Shown here: in pieces, positions 57,298 to 64,000 of the stretch
How positions within the stretch are numbered: the first letter of the stretch is position 1
Layout: every line of letters starts with the position of its first letter
DNA from: the human T2T-CHM13v2.0 reference genome, Homo sapiens
Reading direction: 5' to 3' (one strand)
DNA: 64,000 nt
NCBI RefSeq assembly: GCF_009914755.1
Contig: NC_060926.1
Notes under the pieces: model-generated
Seen by the model: the letters and a program-made list of their open reading frames with translations, nothing else
Told to the model about the DNA's origin: nothing
The model's database searches: none
Made by a program: the position numbers and the translations under genes

Positions 57298-58424
57298 AAT
57301 TACAAACTTTATTCAGATAAAGTCTTACTCTCTATGATCAACAAACTGCAGATAAGATTGGAAGTCTTGAAACAAATCTTTTTCTACATAATATAGGTGG
57401 CTGGAAATTTGGATTAAGTTGCAGCACTCTTTCATGGAGAACCTGTACGATAATCCTGGTGAGGATGCCCCCATACAATCCAAACAGGAGCCTGACTTGT
57501 AATGTCGACATTCTTGCACCGTGTTAAAATGCACACACTATTCTTAATATATTACCCTTCAAGTCAGAAAGAATTAACACTAAATTTTATTTGTGCAAGA
57601 TTTTCATTTTACATTTAATTTAATGAGCAGTATCACATTTTATGGTCACTGTTTTTCAATTTTTAATACTCAAAAGACATTGGTAATGTGCTGACTTGAC
57701 ATAAGGAGCACATAGCAGCAAATGGTGGGATCAGGTGTGGAACTCTGGAATGCTATAATCCCAAAGCAAAGGTCCTGTCAGGTAATAAGAAATCAGATCA
57801 CCCTGCATCCTCTTTCATGACTCAGCCTAGATGATGCCTATCCATATCACAAAAGAACTCAAGGATTTAAAATGCTGGGAATGGGGAGTGATAAAGCAAG
57901 TCTTAGATGACTTCTGTGAAGCAGAGTTATGGGAATAAAATAATCAAATATATAGCATAGTGAGAAGCACTATAGTAAAATGCATAAGTGAGCACTATAT
58001 GGCCTAGATATCTGGATCTGAGTCCTGGCTTCACAACCCGTTATCTGTCATTTGTTAAATGATAAAGTTATATAACCTCTTTATGCATCTACTTCGTATC
58101 TCTGATGATAGTGTCTTTCCTCATAGCAAGATTTGGAGAATTAAAAGAAATAATACACTTACAGCCTGGATAATAGTAAGTGGTATTTTTAAATGGTAGG
58201 TATTTTAACAACTCCAAACCAACTTAGGTCTAAATAAAATGTGCAGAAAATCTCTGTTTTTACTACCGCAAATATTAATATCCTATTTGGGGAAATGTGA
58301 TTGCCCAGAGACAGTTTTGTGATTGGCTGTCTGCTGTTATTGATAACAAAGAGATTATCAGAATCAGTAGTGCTGGGGCCCTCACCAGGGTCTCAAACAG
58401 TGTTAGCCTTTCTGGAAGAGCAGT

Positions 58425-58680
58425 GGCTGATATTTGTTGAGCACTGGTTATGAGCCACGTGGAAAACTAAACATTGAAATGCATTATTGTCTCTTTTTAT
58501 CCTTACAAAACTCTTTGAGATAGGAAAAATTGGTATCATTTTTAAAGAAGATGAAATAATAACAGAGATTTAAGGAATTTGCCCAAGGTTAAAAAAAAAA
58601 AAAGGTGATAAATTGCAGAGCCAGTATTTAAAACTGGCAGTCTAACCTCAGAGTATCTATTAATACATTGATACTATACT
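58425..58680 (-). mobile_element. MIR
   Basis: ATTTGTTGAGCACT...CAGAGATTTAAGGAATTTGCCCAAGGT...GCAGAGCCAGTATTTAAAACTGGCAGTCTAAC. Confidence 0.7.
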
Positions 58681-58729
58681 CTATTTCCTCTTGATGAATT
58701 CTTTAACATTTTCTTCTCTAACGTGTGTA

Positions 58730-59084
58730 CAGCAGTCCCTCCTTATCTGCTGGGGATATGTCCCAAGAGCTCCAGTGGATGCCTGAAACTGTGGATAGTA
58801 CCAAACCCAAGCACTGTGGTACCGTAGCAGTTGTTCTGATCACCGAGGCAGTTAAACAGTGACTGACGGGCATATAGCATAAACAATGTGGAGATGCTGA
58901 ACAAAGAGATGACTCACGTCCCAGCTGGGACAGAATGGGTCCATGCAAGATTTCATCACACTACTCAGAACGGACGATTTAAAACGTATGAATTATTTTT
59001 TCCTGGAATTTTCAGTTGAATATTTTTGAACCATGGATAAATGAAACCATGAAAAGCAAAACCACCAAGAAGGGGAAACTACTG
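58730..59084 (-). mobile_element. MER44A (Tigger7-derived MITE)
   Basis: Terminal inverted repeats CAGCAGTCCCTCCTTATC / AAGGGGAAACTACTG; internal AGATTTCATCACACTACTCAGAACGG; TA flanks. Confidence 0.85.
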
Positions 59085-59360
59085 TATTAAGAGTGAACCT
59101 AAGGGTGACCATTGGTCACCACTGAGTTATCCTTCCCTTCCTTATCTGGCTGCTCACCTGAAGTAAATTGAAGTAAACACAAAATCAAATAGAAAAAATT
59201 GAAATATCAGTTTCTCATTTTCCCCACGAATGTGTTCAAATAACTCAAGTTTTCATTTGGTAAAACATGGAGCCTCAATTTCCTCGCCTATTAACGGTAG
59301 TAATAACTAACTTATAGAGTTGTTACGACCATTAAATAAAATTTGTGTCAAGTACCTAAT

Positions 59361-59593
59361 GAGATTTAAGGAATTTGCCCAAGGTAAAAAAAAAAAAAAA
59401 AAAAGGTGACAAATTGCAGAGCCAGTATTTAAAACTGGCAGTCTAATCTCAGAGTATCTGTTAATACTTTGATACTATACTCTATTGCCTCTTGATGAAT
59501 TCCTTAACGTTTTCTTCTCTAACATGTGTACAGCAGTCCCTACTTATCTGCTGGGGGTATGTCCCAAGAGCCTCAGTGGATGCCTGAAACTGT
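59361..59593 (+). repeat. About 230-bp direct copy of 58565-58792 inserted into a MIR
   Basis: Aligns end to end with about 12 substitutions plus an A-run length difference. Confidence 0.95.
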
Positions 59594-60520
59594 CTGGCAT
59601 ATAGGAGGTGCCTGGAATATAGAATAAGCAGCTATTCCCATGATTGTTGTTATGTCCTGGAGAGAGCTATATGTGTCCTTAGAGTAAGGAAAAGTGGCGA
59701 GTTGAACTTAGAATAAAAAAATAACGATTTGAAGGAAGCCATGGGTGGTTTAAAGAGAAGACTTCAATAATGCTTATGGCAACACCATGCAGATTTTTAT
59801 TCACTTCTAGGGTTATTCAAATTCTCTCTTTCCTGCTATTCTCCTTGTTAAAATCTGCGTCCTTTTGAAGCATATGGGTAGGTATCATATTGTGTGTGAA
59901 AATTAAAGAGGCACTAGTCTAAAAATACGTAACCTGGATTCTATTTCTGGTCTAGCTATAGGCTCCTGTGAGTTTATTAATAAGTGTATACCTCAATTTC
60001 TTATATATAGGTATAAAACTAACTCCTTATAGAAATTTTGAAGTGATGATATAGCATCCATAGATCTCTGAGTTCTCTTGAAGTAAGCAGTGTATATAAG
60101 AAAGGTTTATATTATTAGGTCATATATGTTTCAGTTAAAAAAGTGCTTTGGTGACAGAAAAGCTATGCTTATAAACAGGAAACCGTGTTTATTAATGGAA
60201 ATTTACTTTTTTGTGAATTTTTGAGTTTTTTAATATGTTTAATATATTGTTTAAATGATGTTTAACTTTTTTAAAATTAAAAATTATTGAACACTGATGA
60301 AAGAAATTTAGAAAATACCTACCTTACATCACCATGTTGACTTCACGTTGCTAAGGCAGACATGAGTTAGATTAACATTATGTAAGGACTTAAATTAATT
60401 GTTTCATTTGTCTTATTAAATGCATTTTATTAATGGTTAATGATCTTAATTCTCAACTTTGGAATTAGATAAATGAGCAAAGATTTTTACATTATTTTAC
60501 CACTAGATTCTTTTACTTTT

Positions 60521-60581
60521 TATTATCCTAGGATAATAGGATAATTATTATCCTATATAATAATTGTATTATATAGGATAA
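60521..60581. repeat. Chain of three overlapping perfect inverted repeats
   Basis: TATTATCCTAGGATAATA; ATAGGATAAT-T-ATTATCCTAT; TTATCCTATATAATA-ATTG-TATTATATAGGATAA. Confidence 0.9.
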
Positions 60582-61710
60582 ATATTGTAGGTTCCTCTAC
60601 AAATATGTGATAATCAGACATTCTAATCATCTGTGGAGGTTTAAATATAAAATATATTTAATATGTATATACATGTTAGGGCTTCGTCCCCACAAATTCT
60701 GTTCAGTTAGCCTGCCTTGGGAGCTATGCATTTAAAATGGTCCCCAGGTGACTCTAAAATGTGTCCCTAATTAAGCTGTCTTTTTGCTTTCATAGATCTT
60801 TTAATTCTAAAGGTAAGGTTAGCTTTTCTCTAGTATTAGCAGGCACAGCTGGAGAAAGAACATGCTATTGATTCCCCAGAAATTCTGTTTTCCAATCTTA
60901 TGTGAGTTTGGCTAGAGTAGAAAAATAAGAATGTGGGAGATAATTAATAGAGTATCTAGATTCCTGAGGGCCCATCACCATGTCCACCTATGTACAAACT
61001 AGAACTGCTTTTGTGTTCTCTTGTTCTGCTTGATCCTTACAACATTTGCCCACCTGCTGAGTGAATTTTTAATACACCAGTGCGAGCATTTAGAGTTCTT
61101 GTTAGAAAATGGTTTGACAGCAGTACATGATATCTCAGTTCAATGTAGCAAAAATATTTGTGTTTTATGAAGTATTTTCTTGAACTTTGATATTTTTAGG
61201 TTTGCTTTTATTATATTACTCCTTAAATATAATAACTCATTGTAATATCTTAAGTGTTATTATAATGTAACAAAAATGATATGTTCTTGAGAGGGGATGG
61301 GGTTGCCTAACATACGGCCAGGAGTGGGCAAAGCACTCTGTAATCTGTAAATAATAAAAAAAAAAGTGGAATCAAATTAAAAATCACCTTCATGAATTTA
61401 ATGAATCATAAGATGTTGATCCTTGCACAACAGTTTGTTATGCACACATTTTGCATACCACACCTTTTGCAAAAAGTTAAGTTCGCTTTTTTAGAAAGTG
61501 TACATAGTTCACCTTCATCCGAGGAGACGGTTCAAAATAACTGTGAAAGCAAGTTTTAAAAATAATTATAAACCTACCAAACAGTAATTGTAACAAAGGC
61601 AAGCAATGCAGAAATATGAAAAATAAAAGGAATAGTTGCCCTTCTATCCTGTACCTCATGTTACAGAGACATATACTGTGTGTCACTCCAGGACTGTATT
61701 TATATAGAAA

Positions 61711-61767
61711 AACACACATGCATATGCACACACACACACAAACACACACACTCTCTCTGTCTCTCTC
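61711..61767 (+). repeat. (CA)n(CT)n microsatellite
   Basis: Directly visible. Confidence 0.85.
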
Positions 61768-62001
61768 ACCAGAGGCTTATTTTTCTTTTAACAAAAATTG
61801 TCCCTTTTTACATGTGAAAAATGGTCCCAACAAATGTTTTAAGGCATTTCTTAGATGCCTAAAGATTAGGAAACACTGTGCTTGGGCTAATTTTGGGACT
61901 CTGAGGATATGAAGAGTGAAAAGCTGTTCATACCCAATTTTTCTGAATGTCAGGGAAAGGTACACCTGTTTTCAAGTCTTTACATCTCTGTGTCTCCCCA
62001 G

Positions 62002-62087
62002 GGGATAGAGCTTTTACTCAGGGGATTTCTGGTTGGGGGAAGAGGGTCTGCACCACAGTCTCACTCTAAGTGATTATTATCACACCG
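62002..62087 (+). other. Candidate 86-nt non-coding internal exon
   Basis: Acceptor TCTTTACATCTCTGTGTCTCCCCAG|G and donor CCG|GTAAGT. Stop codons in all three frames. Confidence 0.35.
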
Positions 62088-64000
62088 GTAAGTTTCCACT
62101 GTGGCTGCTGCGTGCAGGCTGTGAACACATTTGAAGTCAGCAGGGGACCGTTAGAAACCTCCCCTTTGCTGAGACGGAGCTGTAGAAACTTCTGCTTCAC
62201 TGAAGCATACTTGCAACCTGCGGTCAGTCGCTTCTTTTTTCATGCAGTGCTGTTTTAAACTGTCTTCTATCCCACAGAGCAAAAACATACCCAACAAAAA
62301 ACAGTACAAACAATCCCCATGAGTGTTTTTGAATTTTCCTCTGCTAATCTCATTGTTAATGGTATGAGGTCTTGCCAGGAGCCATTTGTGGTTTAGACAC
62401 ACTAAATAACATAACATTCACACAGTTAAAAACAATTAATATTAAGCATCAAATCAAAGGCTATTTGATGAAAAACATAGGCTAACTGACTTTTCTACCT
62501 ATCTTATAGAAACGAATTTCATCTTTTTTACAGGTCTCTGATTGCTAGATGAGGGGGCATATTTAGTAATCTGCAGAAGATATAGGATGCTACACTTTAA
62601 TAATGACATAATTGCATAAATTGCACACTAAGTTTGCATATTAGATTATCAGCCAAAGATTATCCTGTGTAAAATAAAAATGCTCTCCATTAGTTAGTGG
62701 AAAGTGATTCAAATCAACCTTGCCTTATCTATGGTTGTCCTTAGCTGGCAGTGGATTTAGCAGTACTTAAATCTCTATTTGGTATGAATTGAAAGGATGT
62801 TGTCCTTGGTTGACAGCACTGATTTTTCTATCAAAAGGAGTTTAAGTAGAATTACCATGTATAGTAGAAATTTCAGAAGGAATTTAAAAGTCATGCAAAT
62901 AAAAAGGATCCCACAACCATTATCTCTAATCTACCCAGGACTAATTAAATTTCTGTTAAAAATACTTTGAAGTTCACATTGTATGCAAAACAGGATATGA
63001 GAAGTTTATGTGGTTACAGGTATTATTTGTCTTCCTAAATCATTAAAAAACTATAAGTTAGAGACAAATCAAATCCCACCATCAACTTATTTTGAAAACA
63101 GTGGTAGGTCATGGTGATGAGGCACATCCAGAAAGTTATTGGCTTTATTTATTTACTTGTCGTTTGTCTTACTAATAAATCATAACATTGTTATAAATCA
63201 TAAGCCTTCAAAAATGATTGAGACTATAAAAAGTAATAATCATGATAATTTTGTTACTTTTACTAGTTTAAAAGACATCAGAACCACTAGTTAAATAAAG
63301 AAATTGCTAGTTTGAAAACAGACTGAATAAAAGCACATATTCTTTCAATTTATATTGGTTATGGATGCTGCCATTGGATTAATTTCATCTTTGGCATTTG
63401 TAATTAAAAACACTGACTTTATTATTTGGAGTACTAAGGTTGATTATGAAGCTTCAGAATTTTAAGATCTCCTTTATGTGATTTGGGGCCAAGTATTTAT
63501 CTTTCTGAGCTTTGTTGATCTCCCTGTGAAAGAGACACAATTATTTCTACCTCATTGGGTTTGCTTTAAGAACAATGAAGAGTACTGGGCAGGAGAGGAA
63601 AATTCTATGCTCCCTTCCCTTCCCAAGGGAAAACAGCTTCCGCTCTTTCTTCTGCCCCCAAGGAGCAGGGACAGTGCTCTGACTGGCCTGGATTTCTCTT
63701 TAATTCATTGTTGATATTCCCTTTTCTTACTCTCCAGGTATTCTTCCTGTTTCTTTCCTACTTTTCCCTGCTGTTCCTCTTGTGTGTCTGGCCTTGTCAG
63801 GTCACTGTGAGCACAGCCTGCCAAATACTTACAAAATAAGAAGACCTGATGCAAGAATAGGAGATGATTCTGACAATCTTAGCAGGCAATTTGTGAATAA
63901 TATAGTATTTAGGTTTTTCTGGTCTGAGGCTCTGCATCTCTGTTGTAGGTGTGTTTGGAGGCAGGGGTAATGAATGCAGAGGGATAAATCTTCTTATGAT

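Noticed and set aside
59104-59120. GGTGACCATTGGTCACC palindrome as an estrogen response element
   Set aside because: The half-sites are everted (TGACC-n3-GGTCA), not the ERE arrangement, and an 8-bp-arm palindrome is expected by chance in 64 kb.

Overview
This is AT-rich primate genomic DNA, very likely human because it contains an AluYb8. It is intergenic or deep-intronic, with no supportable protein-coding gene: the ORF track is Alu read-through, microsatellite translation, chance ORFs and decayed retroviral pol/env fragments. The window is a layered repeat landscape of MIR, L2, old L1M, MaLR/ERVL LTRs (MLT1, MLT2, THE1), Tigger/hAT MITEs (MER2, MER8, MER44A, MER63), a two-LTR ERVL relic and AluJ/S/Y copies. 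The standout is a 6.9-kb MER57-family ERV (36733-43597, minus strand) built like an L1-made processed copy of genomic viral RNA rather than a provirus. It runs R-U5-internal-U3-R-poly(A), starts 30 nt after the LTR TATA box, and is flanked by a perfect 18-bp target-site duplication (TSD) at an L1-endonuclease-like site. Other items are several templated-repair scars (a 29-bp-arm hairpin replacing the middle of an LTR, two local non-tandem duplications, chained palindromes), a candidate RFX/ETS regulatory element and a candidate non-coding exon. Repeat family names come from recalled consensus sequences, not a database search.
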